Shown here piece after piece: positions 18,290 through 28,698 of a DNA stretch of 64,000 nucleotides. The stretch's first letter is position 1, and each line of letters opens with the position of its first letter. Origin of the DNA: a bacterium (GTDB lineage: Archaea; Thermoplasmatota; E2; JACPAO01; JAHFTW01); the NCBI GenBank assembly GCA_040390065.1, contig JAZJZE010000017.1:1-64000 (forward strand), in the 5' to 3' direction. Below the pieces are notes generated by a model. The model did no database searches. It was not told the origin of the DNA and worked only from the letters and a program-made list of their open reading frames with translations. Made by a program: the position numbers and the translations under genes.

Positions 18290-19396
18290 ATGAAACGGAC
18301 GCGAGATGCTAACTGGACGCCCACGTCTCGATGGGGGCGGCAAGGGGCCGCGGTAGCGGTCGTTGCTGCACTCCTATTCTTGGGAGTCCCTGGCAGGGCG
18401 GTTCCGGAGGTGACCCCGGTTGGAGCTGTGTTCGCCCGCGGGGCCCAGGACTGCCCAGGCACCTCGGCTGGCGTCACATGGAATGCGGTCGGAAACGCTC
18501 CCGACACGGGGCCCCGAGATTGGAAAGTCACGACGACAATCCATTGGAACAGGACCAGCCTTGTCCTCTCGGGATTGTCCACCCGGACCGTCGAGGCCAG
18601 CGGGGAAGAGTCCCACGAATCCACGTTCACGGCCGCTGCCGGCGAACAGCGTACGACTTCGGCGGAAGCGCCCCTTTGTGGGAATTGGGGGGCATGCCAG
18701 GCGGTCTCTCAACTCCAGTACTTCGACACGGCTCAGAACACATGGCGCCCGGCCCTCCAGCCACCTTCTACCGATGTGCAGTGGGCGGCTTCGGCCCGCT
18801 GCTTCCCGTGCCCCGTCGCGAGCGCAGGCAATCCCCAAACCGACCCTTCACTCCTTGTCGGTCAGGCAACCTGCGGGGCAGGCCAGCAGCCTAACGTGGG
18901 GCTGCCGCCGGCTCACGCGCTCCCGATTCGGATTGGCGTTACAATCGCGGACAGCCTCCATGCGGCGGACGCGCCAACGTACGAATGCCACGCGCTCCAC
19001 GACGGTTCCGACACTGATTGGCGGAGGTGCGAAACCGTCATCCCTTCCGGGAGCGGCGACCGCGACAAGGTTTGGGACCCCGTCATCCTGTACAACGAGT
19101 CGGGAACGGTGCACGCCACGACCGGTTCGGCCCACGTCATGATGTACAAACCCTACGGAAACGGGGGTGAGCAATGGGCGTACTGGGCGTTCATCGACTA
19201 CAAGGACGGCGAGGAAGTGGGCTGTCGCTTCTGTAGCGACTCCGGAGGGGCCAATACTCCGCCCGTTACAAAGGTGGCGGCGGGCCTGAGCCACGAGCAG
19301 GGCCGCTGCGTCCAGGTCAACGACTATGTTTGTGAGGACGTCCCCGACCTGGAGCCCAGCGGTGCTTTCGGAGGCGCGCTCTATTTGGACCCGTGA
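18290..19396 (+). CDS. Hypothetical secreted Cys-rich protein
   Basis: Hydrophobic signal AAVAVVAALLFLG; about a dozen Cys; atypical codon usage. Confidence 0.6.
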   Translation: MKRTRDANWTPTSRWGRQGAAVAVVAALLFLGVPGRAVPEVTPVGAVFARGAQDCPGTSAGVTWNAVGNAPDTGPRDWKVTTTIHWNRTSLVLSGLSTRTVEASGEESHESTFTAAAGEQRTTSAEAPLCGNWGACQAVSQLQYFDTAQNTWRPALQPPSTDVQWAASARCFPCPVASAGNPQTDPSLLVGQATCGAGQQPNVGLPPAHALPIRIGVTIADSLHAADAPTYECHALHDGSDTDWRRCETVIPSGSGDRDKVWDPVILYNESGTVHATTGSAHVMMYKPYGNGGEQWAYWAFIDYKDGEEVGCRFCSDSGGANTPPVTKVAAGLSHEQGRCVQVNDYVCEDVPDLEPSGAFGGALYLDP

Positions 19397-19417
19397 GGCC
19401 TTGCGGCACGTGTGCAA

Positions 19418-20173
19418 ATGGCCATGAGAGGCCTCCCGGTCGCCCTCGTCGTCCTCGCTTCGTGCGCCGCCGCCGGTTGCCTTGAGGGGCCGGCCCACTC
19501 GACGGACCCAGGGTCGGTGACGAATCGGGGCCCTCCAGCCGAATGGCCCACGGTTTATGTTCTCGAAATTGCCATCCATGGTTCTCCTCGAGATCCGGGG
19601 CAGTACTCATCAGATGTGGTCCCATACCAGGCCTATCGGGACTACCCGGCCAACCGCCTGGACGATACGAATGGCACGTTGTACCTGTTTGCCTACCCAA
19701 ACGCCACGCCTATGCGCGACCATGAGTTGCTCGTTCTTGGTCATCTGGAACGCGTATCGCCAGCCCTTGTCGTCAAACAGGAATGCTACTTCGCGGCCTT
19801 CCAGATGCACAAGGCTGGGCTCGAGATGGACGGCCTCCTCTTTGAGGCGTTTCCCCTCAATGAACGAAAAGTCGACGTTCGCTTCGGGAGAACCGCGACC
19901 AATGGCGAGTGGATCAATGCGGGTCAAGACCCTCCATACAATGTGTCAATCCGGCGATCTGTGGAAGAACTCGCGTACGTGCCGGGGGCGGGCGATGTTC
20001 ACTACCAATCGATGGAAACGGAATTCGATTACCAGGTGACGTTTCATTATCATGGCCTGATGGTTGTTCGGCCGCTTCCAGAATTCGAACCGTCCATGGA
20101 GTTTCAGAGCCCTCCCCAGGGCATCGACCTTGCAAGGGACGAGAATCGGCCGCATGCGTGCTATGGGGTCTAG
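19418..20173 (+). CDS. Hypothetical lipoprotein
   Basis: VALVVLASCAAAGCL lipobox; lower-GC codon usage. Confidence 0.65.
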   Translation: MAMRGLPVALVVLASCAAAGCLEGPAHSTDPGSVTNRGPPAEWPTVYVLEIAIHGSPRDPGQYSSDVVPYQAYRDYPANRLDDTNGTLYLFAYPNATPMRDHELLVLGHLERVSPALVVKQECYFAAFQMHKAGLEMDGLLFEAFPLNERKVDVRFGRTATNGEWINAGQDPPYNVSIRRSVEELAYVPGAGDVHYQSMETEFDYQVTFHYHGLMVVRPLPEFEPSMEFQSPPQGIDLARDENRPHACYGV

Positions 20174-20258
20174 GCTCCACTGGCTCGAGCATCGCAAGCA
20201 CGTTCCGTAGCACGCTCCGAGAAGAACGGATGTCCACCCTCGCCGTGATGGGAGGCGT

Positions 20259-21320
20259 TCACACGTGCAGATACGCCGTCGCTTCAATCGTGTAATCCTC
20301 GTACGCCAAGCCGTCTTCCTTCGGTCCCTCGATGTACGGCACGATTTCCCATTGGCTCTGCTTGGCGTAGGGCCCGTCGCCTGCGATGCCGACGTCGACG
20401 GTGTAGGTCCGCATCGTGGTGGTGTCCTGGCCGACGACGGCCTTGGCAAACGTGCGCGAGTCGGCGCCGTGGTACTTGATGCCGAGCTTCGTGGGTGACG
20501 TGCCGGAGAGTCCGAGCTTGATGACAACGTGGTTGGCATCGATGGGAACCACTACCTTGTCGTCGGGGTGGTAAACGATGGGGCAGCCGCCGTAGCAGCG
20601 CCAATTGTTCGTCGTCGGGTCGCCGTCGTAGAACAAGTGCCCGCTGGCCGAGAACATCTTGATCTCGGTGCGGTTCTGCCACTGGTCTGGGTGCCCCGGG
20701 AAGAGGGGGATGGGCAGCGTGCGGTCCGCGGTGACGAGGAAGTGGACGTTGCCCGTGAAGGCTGCCTCCGGTTGCTGTGCTGGGGTGCCTCCGGCGACGT
20801 AGGTCGGCGCCATGAACAAGTCGAATTGCCACGCCGACAGGACTTGGTGCGGCAGGTCCGCGTCCGTGAGGTTCGTTGGCAGACTGACCGTCGTGGGGCT
20901 CGACGTGAGGTTGGCCCGCACACGGCCCACGTTGTCACCCGCCGTCTTCACCACGAGTTGCACGTTCGTGTACGTGTTGGGCGGGATAGCCTGCGGGTCG
21001 TCCGTCCAAGACACCGTGACGTTGACCCAGCCTGTGCCCTGGGGAACGACGTGGCCCGGGTCGGGCCGGAGTGTCGCCACGGAAATCGAGGTGTCGCCGA
21101 ACCAAAGGTAGCCAGGCGCGAGGACGTCCGTGTCCGCAATCGTGAGCCTGTGGGCCCCGCCCCAGTAATCGTGCAGGTGCGGCCCCGCATTCTGGTCGGC
21201 CGTGCGGTTGAACGGCGAGTCCACGACGATGACGCCGCCGTCGTTGGGTGCCACGTCGGGGCTCGAGGTGCAGCCGGCAAGGAGAACGATGGAAATCGCC
21301 AATGCCGGTGCGATGCGCAT
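20259..21320 (-). CDS. Hypothetical lipoprotein
   Basis: MRIAPALAISIVLLAGC lipobox; host-like codon usage. Confidence 0.75.
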   Translation of the reverse strand: MRIAPALAISIVLLAGCTSSPDVAPNDGGVIVVDSPFNRTADQNAGPHLHDYWGGAHRLTIADTDVLAPGYLWFGDTSISVATLRPDPGHVVPQGTGWVNVTVSWTDDPQAIPPNTYTNVQLVVKTAGDNVGRVRANLTSSPTTVSLPTNLTDADLPHQVLSAWQFDLFMAPTYVAGGTPAQQPEAAFTGNVHFLVTADRTLPIPLFPGHPDQWQNRTEIKMFSASGHLFYDGDPTTNNWRCYGGCPIVYHPDDKVVVPIDANHVVIKLGLSGTSPTKLGIKYHGADSRTFAKAVVGQDTTTMRTYTVDVGIAGDGPYAKQSQWEIVPYIEGPKEDGLAYEDYTIEATAYLHV

Positions 21321-21384
21321 GCCGATTCCAGCCCGCCCAGGCGTATCACTTTTCTGGTGGCCTCCTGTCGGGGGCGGGCCAAGA

Positions 21385-21390
21385 TTTAAG
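21385..21390 (+). promoter_or_regulatory. Putative archaeal TATA box
   Basis: TTTAAG about 24 nt upstream of ATG 21414. Confidence 0.5.
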
Positions 21391-21413
21391 GGATGCAACC
21401 TCTGGAGAAGCCC

Positions 21414-22001
21414 ATGCCCGAGGAGACCCCGGCCGCCCCGACGAGCGGCGGCGCCCAGCCTGACAAGAAGCGCAGTTTCTGGGGCGGCACCTTCGACGCC
21501 ATCACGGACCCCATCCGCCGCGCCTTCGGCTCCAATGCCTCGGCCGTCGCCCGGGGCCGCAGCGGTGTCGCGCGCGAGAAGCACAAGCAGGTCCGCCTCC
21601 TCTTCGTCGACGTCGGCAACGCCAGCCGCAGCCAGATCGCCCAGGCTTGGGCCGCCATCTACGGCTTCCACGCCGAATCCGCCGGCACCTTCCCATCCAT
21701 GCGTGTGGCCCCCGAAGCCGTCGCCGTCATGGAGGACGTCGGCGTCGACATCGGCCACTTCCGCCCCAAGCCCCTGGACGTCAACCGCCTCGAGGCCTTC
21801 GACCGCGTCATCACGATGGGCGACTCCCTGCCCAAGCCGTGGCGCAACCTGTCCAACGTCGAAGAGTGGAACCTCCTCGACCCGCAAGGCATGAGCCTCG
21901 ATGCGTACGCCCGCATGCGCGACGATGCCGAGAAGCGCGTCCGCCGCATGGCAAAGGAATACGGCGTCGAAAAGCCGGAACTCGTCGTCCTCAACGCTTG
22001 A
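21414..22001 (+). CDS. LMW-PTP/ArsC-fold protein lacking P-loop cysteines (probable pseudoenzyme)
   Basis: LLFVDVGNASRSQIAQA replaces FVCxxNxCRSQMAE; ESAGT, VITMG, WNLLDP retained. Confidence 0.85.
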   Translation: MPEETPAAPTSGGAQPDKKRSFWGGTFDAITDPIRRAFGSNASAVARGRSGVAREKHKQVRLLFVDVGNASRSQIAQAWAAIYGFHAESAGTFPSMRVAPEAVAVMEDVGVDIGHFRPKPLDVNRLEAFDRVITMGDSLPKPWRNLSNVEEWNLLDPQGMSLDAYARMRDDAEKRVRRMAKEYGVEKPELVVLNA

Positions 22002-22019
22002 GGCACGCCCCCCGTCCCA

Positions 22020-22092
22020 TCAACCGAAGCAACAGAAGCAACCGAGTGGGCGCCGTCTCCGTGGTGTCGGTTGCCTCGTTTGTATCGGTTGA
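22020..22092. repeat. Family A palindromic element (9-nt periodic arms), empty copy
   Basis: TCAACCGAAGCAACAGAAGCAACCGA-21 nt-TCGGTTGCCTCGTTTGTATCGGTTGA. Confidence 0.88.
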
Positions 22093-22228
22093 CCTGGAGT
22101 CGCTTCGTCCAAACAGCCAACATCCTCAAGGCATCCCGCAGCGGATTTGCCGGCTTCCGCAGCCATTTCAACATAATTCCAGGATACGCGCCACAAAGCG
22201 TAAGTGCTCAGAGAACGACGCTTATCCC

Positions 22229-22666
22229 ATGTCGCACCGCGTCCTTTTCGTCTGCGTCGGCAACTCCTGCCGGAGCCAGATGGCCGAAGCCGTCGCCCGC
22301 AAGTATGGCCTCGACGCCGAATCGGCAGGGACCATGCCCGCCGACGAAGTCAGCCAGGCCGCCGTGGCCGCCATGGCAGAGCATGGCATGGACATGGCCG
22401 GCGCCCGCCCGAAGCCGCTGGACTTCAACCGCCTCGCCGACTACGAGCAAATCATCTGCATGGGCCCCGGCGTCGCCGCCACGAGCCCGGACCTGCACTT
22501 CCACGAGGACTGGGGCATCGACGACCCCGTCAACATGGACTTCGCCGTGTACCGCAGCGTACGTGACGCCATCGAGGCCAAGGTCAAGGCCATGGCCCTC
22601 GAGCAGCTCGAGTGGAGCATGCCGGCGACCGACGAAGACGGCGCGTTGGCGTACGCGGCCACCTAA
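22229..22666 (+). CDS. Arsenate reductase ArsC / low-molecular-weight phosphatase family
   Basis: VLFVCVGNSCRSQMAEA, ESAGT, DWGIDDP. Confidence 0.92.
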   Translation: MSHRVLFVCVGNSCRSQMAEAVARKYGLDAESAGTMPADEVSQAAVAAMAEHGMDMAGARPKPLDFNRLADYEQIICMGPGVAATSPDLHFHEDWGIDDPVNMDFAVYRSVRDAIEAKVKAMALEQLEWSMPATDEDGALAYAAT

Positions 22667-23157
22667 CTCGCAACGAGGCACTCCGAATCCAGGTGCCACG
22701 CCCAGCGTGGGGCGGGGACGGATTCGACAATCTGCGCAACGCCTTGCGCCTTGATGGGTCCCGCGTGCGGACACGTGGCGGTCCCGACGCCTTCGATTCC
22801 GCTGCCCGCCATGAGCGCAACCGGCGTCGTTTCCCACGTCATGGCGATGCGGTATAATCCGCTCGCAGGCAGCGACACCCGCCAACCCATCGTGGATTGC
22901 GGGTCGAGAGTCGCATCCGCTTTGAAAAAGGGCGGCGGTGGGATCTCCGGCTGAACGAACGACGACAGGGTTGCGTTGCTGACTGCGACGTGGAAATGCA
23001 TGGCCAGGAGGCCTAACGGATTCGTTGCAGAAGGCGTGGAGGCATTCGTCATGCTGATGAACAGAACGTCCGAAAACGGTGTTGCGCGATTCGGGTCGGA
23101 GGGGCCGGTACAGCCGGACAAGATCGCCAGCGCAACGAGAAGAGGCCCCCAACGCAC
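22663..23157 (-). CDS. Hypothetical lipoprotein
   Basis: RWGPLLVALAILSGC lipobox. Confidence 0.6.
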   Translation of the reverse strand: MRWGPLLVALAILSGCTGPSDPNRATPFSDVLFISMTNASTPSATNPLGLLAMHFHVAVSNATLSSFVQPEIPPPPFFKADATLDPQSTMGWRVSLPASGLYRIAMTWETTPVALMAGSGIEGVGTATCPHAGPIKAQGVAQIVESVPAPRWAWHLDSECLVAS

Positions 23158-23179
23158 AAGCGATTGACGCCCACGGCCA

Positions 23180-25234
23180 TCAAGAAGGTTTGCCGAGGGT
23201 CTGGGCGAGACTCGGGACATCGGTGACCGGTCGCTTGCAGGCGTAGTTCTCGCACACGTATGCGGCTGCCTTTCCGCCGATGACCTTGTGCTCGGCGGTC
23301 CACCGAGCGGCCCCCTCGAGCCCGGGGCGTGCGTGCAGGACGACGCGGCGCGGGTTGAAGCCCGACGAAGCCACGCGCAGCATGGCATCCGCGGCGGCGC
23401 CACTGCCCACGACGACGACCTCCTGCGTCGGGCCAACGGCGACGTCGAGGGCGCAGAGCATCATGCCGTACGCTTGTGGGTGGTCGGCCAGCTGCGCCGC
23501 GAACGCTTCGAGGGTCCTGTCGGCAAGTTGCGTCCAGCGCGCGTCGCCAGTCAGGAGGCCGAGGCGATGCAGTGCGAAGGCCGCGACGGAATTCCCCGAC
23601 GGCAACGCGCCATCGTAGGCTTCCTTCCTGCGGACGCCGAGGTTCTCTCCGTCGTCGGGGCTGCCGAAGAAGCCGCCGGCAGGATCCGAGAAATGCGCGT
23701 CAAGGTGGCCGGCAATCTCGGCTGCCCATGCCAACCAGCGTGGCTCGTACGTCGCTGCGTACAACTCGAGCAGCCCCCACAGCAGGAAGGCATGGTCGTC
23801 AAGGAACGCCGTCTCGTCGGTGCGACCGGCGTGGAAGCGGTGGCGCAGCCTGCCGTCCGCGCGGACCATGGACTTGCGCAGGAACTCCGCCGCCCGCGTC
23901 GCAGCGGCCACGTAGCGGGGCTCGCCAAGGGTCCGTCCCGCGTGCGCCAACGCCGCAATGGCCAGGCCGTTCCAGTCCGTGAGGACCTTGTCGTCGAGGC
24001 TCGGGCGCACTCGTTTGGCGCGGATGGCGACGAGCCTGGTGCGCTGGGCAGCAAATGGCGGCGCATCCTCGAGCCGGCGAAGGTGCAGCACGTTGGTGCC
24101 TGTCTTGCGGTGCGTCGCTTCGTCGTGGACGTTGCCCTCCACAGTGACGCCGTAGGCGCTGCAGAACGCTCCTGCTTCTGCGCCCAGCACCGCATCCAGC
24201 TCCGCCTTGCTCCAAACGTAGAACTTGCCCTCGACGCCCTCGGAGTCCGCGTCCTCGGCGCAGCGGAATCCTCCCGCCGGGTCGGCCAAGTCCCGCACGA
24301 CGTAGTCGAGAGTGGAGCGGACGACCGCGGCGTACGCTGCGCTGCCGCTGGCGGCGAAGCCCTCCGTGAAAGCGAACGCCAGCATGGCCTGGTCGTACAG
24401 CATCTTCTCGAAGTGCGGCAGAAGCCAGTCCGCGTCCGTGCTGTACCGATGGAAGCCCCCGCCGAGGTGGTCGTGGATGCCGCCTCGGGCCATCGCTTCC
24501 AGGGTCTGAGTGACGAGTTCCAACGTGGCGGCGTCTTGGTCCCGCGTCCATGCCCGCAGAAGGAACAGGAGGTTGTGCGGGGACGGGAACTTTGGTGCGC
24601 CGCCGAACCCGCCGCGCTCTGCATCGAAGCGGGCCGCAAGAGCGTCACGCGCTTGGGAGATCGTCGAGAGATCCGCAGCCTGCGCCGTGCCGGGGGCCGG
24701 CTCGTCGCCGTGTCCGTGCGGCGTCCCGGACAAGTGCAGCATCAGGTGGTCCGCCTGCGCCTGCAAGTCCGCCCGCTTGTCCTTCCACCCCTCGGCGACG
24801 CGTGGCACGAGGTCGAGCATGCCGATGCGCCCATGCCGCGACTCCTTGGGGAAGTACGTGCCGGCGAAGAATGGCTTCTTGTCGTGCGTGAGCAGTGCCG
24901 TCAGAGGCCAGCCGCCGGAGCCCGTCATCATCTGGCAGGCCGCCATGTACACGTCGTCCACGTCGGGCCGCTCCTCGCGGTCGACCTTGACGCACACGAA
25001 GGCGTCGTTCATGAGGCGCGCCACGGCCTCGTCCTCGAAGGATTCGTGCGCCATCACGTGACACCAATGGCACGTCGCGTAGCCCACCGACAAGAAGACC
25101 GGGACGTTGCGGCGTCGCGCCTCGGCGAAGGCGGCCTCGCCCCACGGCCACCAGTCGACCGGGTTGTGCTTGTGTTGTTGCAGGTACGGGCTCGGCTCGG
25201 CCGCGAGGCGGTTCGTCTTGCCGGTGTCGTGCAC
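23180..25234 (-). CDS. Thioredoxin-domain protein, YyaL/SSP411 (DUF255) family
   Basis: [64 protein letters not shown]. Confidence 0.96.
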   Translation of the reverse strand: MHDTGKTNRLAAEPSPYLQQHKHNPVDWWPWGEAAFAEARRRNVPVFLSVGYATCHWCHVMAHESFEDEAVARLMNDAFVCVKVDREERPDVDDVYMAACQMMTGSGGWPLTALLTHDKKPFFAGTYFPKESRHGRIGMLDLVPRVAEGWKDKRADLQAQADHLMLHLSGTPHGHGDEPAPGTAQAADLSTISQARDALAARFDAERGGFGGAPKFPSPHNLLFLLRAWTRDQDAATLELVTQTLEAMARGGIHDHLGGGFHRYSTDADWLLPHFEKMLYDQAMLAFAFTEGFAASGSAAYAAVVRSTLDYVVRDLADPAGGFRCAEDADSEGVEGKFYVWSKAELDAVLGAEAGAFCSAYGVTVEGNVHDEATHRKTGTNVLHLRRLEDAPPFAAQRTRLVAIRAKRVRPSLDDKVLTDWNGLAIAALAHAGRTLGEPRYVAAATRAAEFLRKSMVRADGRLRHRFHAGRTDETAFLDDHAFLLWGLLELYAATYEPRWLAWAAEIAGHLDAHFSDPAGGFFGSPDDGENLGVRRKEAYDGALPSGNSVAAFALHRLGLLTGDARWTQLADRTLEAFAAQLADHPQAYGMMLCALDVAVGPTQEVVVVGSGAAADAMLRVASSGFNPRRVVLHARPGLEGAARWTAEHKVIGGKAAAYVCENYACKRPVTDVPSLAQTLGKPS

Positions 25235-25241
25235 GCGGCCC

Positions 25242-26123
25242 CTACTTCGCCGGCCCTTGTGGGCGTTTCGGCGCGGGCGCGGCGGGCTTGGCAGGCGCGG
25301 TGGGCGGTCGCGGTCGAGAGGCGGGCTGCGTCGGGCGCCGGACCGTCGAAGGCGGCGAGGCGGGCCGGGAGAGGGGGATGACGATGGCGCCCGGCTCCGT
25401 CGTCGGCCGGCCCGGCGGTGTCGGCGGCGCGGGGGATGCCGTCACGACGGCGGGCTCCAGGCCTGCGCGCCGCCAGTACCAACCCATGCCGAAGGCGGCA
25501 CCCGCAGCCACGGGTTGCAGCAGGGCCGCGCCACCAATTCCCGTCGACAAGGTCACGGAGTCCCTTGTCTGGTCCGACATGTGCGCCCGGAACTCGTTGG
25601 CAAAGCCAAGGAAGGACGCAACCAGGACGATGAAGCCGATGAACAGCAGCGAGCCTGCGACGAGGCCGGTGAGCGGGATCCAGCGCTCGATGCGCGCATG
25701 GCGCAGGCCGGAGACGAGGAACAGCCCGACGACCGCAACCGCGAGGGCCGAGCCGTAGGTCAGCACCGAGCCGAGTCGGGCGAGGCCGAGCGGCACGTCG
25801 AGATGGAAGTCGTCGCCTCCCTGCGATTGGGGTTTCTCGAGGTTGATGACCGTGGTGCCGACGGCCTCGCTGAACCACGACGCATGCGCCGTGATGCCGC
25901 CGTACTTCGTGCACATCTCGCCGACGTACGGGCCGCTGCATCGCAGGTCACTGGATTCCACCTGCGGTCCGTATGCCGTGCCGGCCACGACGTACTGGAA
26001 GCTGTCGCTGCCCCCGCCCGAGCTCACCGTGACGCGGACGATGGAGAAGCACATCGACAATGCGAGGGCCACGAGGGCCACGACTGTCAGAAGGCGTGCA
26101 CGACGTTCCAAGGGGTTCCCCAC
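25242..26123 (-). CDS. Hypothetical membrane protein
   Basis: 4 hydrophobic segments and a Pro-rich tail. Confidence 0.65.
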   Translation of the reverse strand: MGNPLERRARLLTVVALVALALSMCFSIVRVTVSSGGGSDSFQYVVAGTAYGPQVESSDLRCSGPYVGEMCTKYGGITAHASWFSEAVGTTVINLEKPQSQGGDDFHLDVPLGLARLGSVLTYGSALAVAVVGLFLVSGLRHARIERWIPLTGLVAGSLLFIGFIVLVASFLGFANEFRAHMSDQTRDSVTLSTGIGGAALLQPVAAGAAFGMGWYWRRAGLEPAVVTASPAPPTPPGRPTTEPGAIVIPLSRPASPPSTVRRPTQPASRPRPPTAPAKPAAPAPKRPQGPAK

Positions 26124-26240
26124 AAGTCCACCGTGGACAACGACGATGCGCCCCCTCAAGGACTTACCCCGGCGTCTGCCTCATGCGCGGCGACGGCTTT
26201 GACCGGAAGGCTTTCTGCCCCCCGCGCCGTATCCAATGTC

Positions 26241-26531
26241 GTGAGCCATCCGCACAACCTGCACGAGCTGCAGGAAGGCATCGGCCAGACCGGCAAGCTC
26301 GGCGAACTCTTCATCGGTCTCGGCGGACTCATCGCGGTGCTTGGCCTGACGTTGTTCGTGATTGGCGAGATGCACATGCTAAGCGACGGCTTCAGCCCGG
26401 ACGGCGGCAACGTCGATGCAGTCACGGTCGGCTTCCTGTTCCTCTTCGAAGGCATCGGTTTCGTCGTCTTCGGTGTCATGATCGTGCTGGCGGGATGGGG
26501 CCGGCACCACGAAGGCAAGAGTGATTGGTGA
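26241..26531 (+). CDS. Small two-TM membrane protein
   Basis: Two hydrophobic helices; good codon bias. Confidence 0.65.
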   Translation: MSHPHNLHELQEGIGQTGKLGELFIGLGGLIAVLGLTLFVIGEMHMLSDGFSPDGGNVDAVTVGFLFLFEGIGFVVFGVMIVLAGWGRHHEGKSDW

Positions 26532-26564
26532 CCGCGGGCGCGGGTTGAGGCCACCGGAGTCGCC

Positions 26565-27188
26565 GTGGGCCTGAAGGAGCCGTTCAACGCGGTCAGCCAC
26601 ATGGTCGGAGCAGGCTTGGCCATCGCCTTCCTGCCAATCGTCCTGCTGCGCGCCGAGCACGGCGGAGCGATGGCCATGGTCGCCGCAGCGCTGTACGGGG
26701 CGACGCTGGTCGCCGTGTTTGCCATGAGCGCCGTCTACCACTCCGTCACGCATCCCAGGGCGTCGCCGTGGCTGTTCCGCCTGGACCAATGCATGATCTA
26801 CCTTCTCATCGCGGGGACGTACACGCCCGTGGCGCTACTGCTCGTGCAAGGTTCCCTCGGCTGGCTGCTCTTTGCCATCGAGTGGGGCCTCGCGGCGACC
26901 GGGATCTCGCTCTTGCTGACCGTGCATCGCACGCCGCAGTGGATCCATCAGGCGGCTTACATCGTCCTCGGTTGGGCTGCCCTCCTAGCCCTTCCCCGAC
27001 TCTTGGGGCTGCACTGGTTGGCCCTCGCGCTCCTGCTGGCGGGCGGCGTCGCGTACACGGGAGGCTCGGCCCTGTACAATCGTGACCGCAAGACGACGTG
27101 GGGAATCGGTGACCACGGCGTCTGGCATCTCCTCGTCATCCTCGGCGCCGCCGCTCACGCGGTGTTCATCATGGCGTTCATCGTGTAG
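26565..27188 (+). CDS. Hemolysin III / PAQR family membrane protein
   Basis: EPFNAVSH, SAVYH, RLDQCMIYLLIAGTYTP, HGVWHLLV. Confidence 0.93.
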   Translation: MGLKEPFNAVSHMVGAGLAIAFLPIVLLRAEHGGAMAMVAAALYGATLVAVFAMSAVYHSVTHPRASPWLFRLDQCMIYLLIAGTYTPVALLLVQGSLGWLLFAIEWGLAATGISLLLTVHRTPQWIHQAAYIVLGWAALLALPRLLGLHWLALALLLAGGVAYTGGSALYNRDRKTTWGIGDHGVWHLLVILGAAAHAVFIMAFIV

Positions 27189-27194
27189 CGCGCA

Positions 27195-28466
27195 TCACGC
27201 CGGCTGCAGCTTGTACCGGAGGATGGCGACGACTCCGCCGAAGGCGTTCATCAGGATGCCGCCCTCCTCGCTTGCGCCGGAGACGATGTGGATGTTGGCG
27301 CCGGACCCTTCGGCGAGGTCCGACAACTCCTCGATGAGGTCCTTCTTCTGCACCTCGACGTTGTTGCCGCCCCACAGCTTTGCCTGCGCCGCGACGGCAT
27401 CCTCGACCTGCATGTGCGGAACTGTCTTGACGATGGTTTCGCCGCTCTGCCGGTGCGTGAAGGTCAACCGGTCCTTGCGCAGGTTTTCGGAGACGAGCAG
27501 GTGGTCGACGGCGCCGGCCTCCAGGGCCCGGCGGACCTCGGCCTCACCGTACGTGCCGACACCGCCGTCCTGCTTCGCCGTCTCGCGCAGGAAGCGCTGC
27601 ATGAGCTTGCGGTCGTCCAGCATGGCGATGCCCTGGATGGCGCCGCCGGCCGCCTCGACGAGTTCCTTCAGGCCCTGGTCGTCGTCCGTGTAGCCCGTGT
27701 CGAAGTAGGTTGCGTGCAGCCGTTTCTGGAGTTCGTGGTGCAGGTACGCTTCCTTGGCGAAGAAGTCCTTCGTGGCCCCGGGGCCGCCAAGCAGGACGGC
27801 TTTCACGTCCTGGTTGAGGAAGATCTCCGTGGCGCGCTCACCACAGTAGGCAAACCACTCATGCGCCGCAATCTCGATGAGGCGCTCGAAGCGCTGTGCG
27901 GATTGTCCGCCGCGGCCGTGCTTGGAGGGCACCTGCGATTGGCGGCTGTAGACTGGGATGATCGCCTTGCCGCGTAGGAAGCCCATCGAGCACTCCTTGC
28001 GGTCGATGACGATGAGGCCGTACGTGTCCTCGGCCTGCCCGAGCGCCTTCAATGGCTCCAGGTTGAAGGTGGACTCGCAGCGGTACTGGTACGTCGTGAT
28101 GGGAAGGGGCGGCTCGATGAACTCCGCCACCATCGACGTCTTGCCGGCGCCGACGTTCACGTCGCCGACGAAGATGGCCAGGCCGTTCTTTGGCGTCTCG
28201 CGGTAGTTCTTGAGGCGGGCCAGGATCGACGTCAGCGCTCCCGCCACCGCGTCCTGCGTCTGCTTCGACTTGATGTTCGAGGCCTGGCCGACCTCGTTGC
28301 GCACCATGCCCGCGACGTCGGAGAGAAGCCGCGTCGGCGGCACGTACAGCGTCACGAGGGTGGTGCCGACGCCGCGGTGCTCGGCCAACTCCTCCAAGGT
28401 CCGCTTGAAGACGTAGCGCTGCCGCTCGGACCACTCCACCTTGGGGAGTTCCTTGGGCTGGGCCAC
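27195..28466 (-). CDS. prf1: Peptide chain release factor aRF1
   Basis: QASNIKS, YRCESTF, GRGGQSAQRFERL, FGGVVAILRY. Confidence 0.97.
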   Translation of the reverse strand: MAQPKELPKVEWSERQRYVFKRTLEELAEHRGVGTTLVTLYVPPTRLLSDVAGMVRNEVGQASNIKSKQTQDAVAGALTSILARLKNYRETPKNGLAIFVGDVNVGAGKTSMVAEFIEPPLPITTYQYRCESTFNLEPLKALGQAEDTYGLIVIDRKECSMGFLRGKAIIPVYSRQSQVPSKHGRGGQSAQRFERLIEIAAHEWFAYCGERATEIFLNQDVKAVLLGGPGATKDFFAKEAYLHHELQKRLHATYFDTGYTDDDQGLKELVEAAGGAIQGIAMLDDRKLMQRFLRETAKQDGGVGTYGEAEVRRALEAGAVDHLLVSENLRKDRLTFTHRQSGETIVKTVPHMQVEDAVAAQAKLWGGNNVEVQKKDLIEELSDLAEGSGANIHIVSGASEEGGILMNAFGGVVAILRYKLQPA

Positions 28467-28698
28467 GCACCGGCCACTGGACGGCGCCTAAAAAGGCGCC
28501 CGTCTGTAGTCGGTGCGCCGAAGCGAAGCGAGGGAACGCTCCGGCTGCGTTTGCGCGACCGCAGCGCCGGACTCGGCGAGGGGAGAGGCATATGTGGGGG
28601 GTAAGGTGGGCCGTGTCGTCCAGGCCAGGGCCGGTGCGTGTCTGTTCAAGCGACGCGAGGACGTCCCGTCTTTCCTTGACCACCGTCGGCTCGGACCA

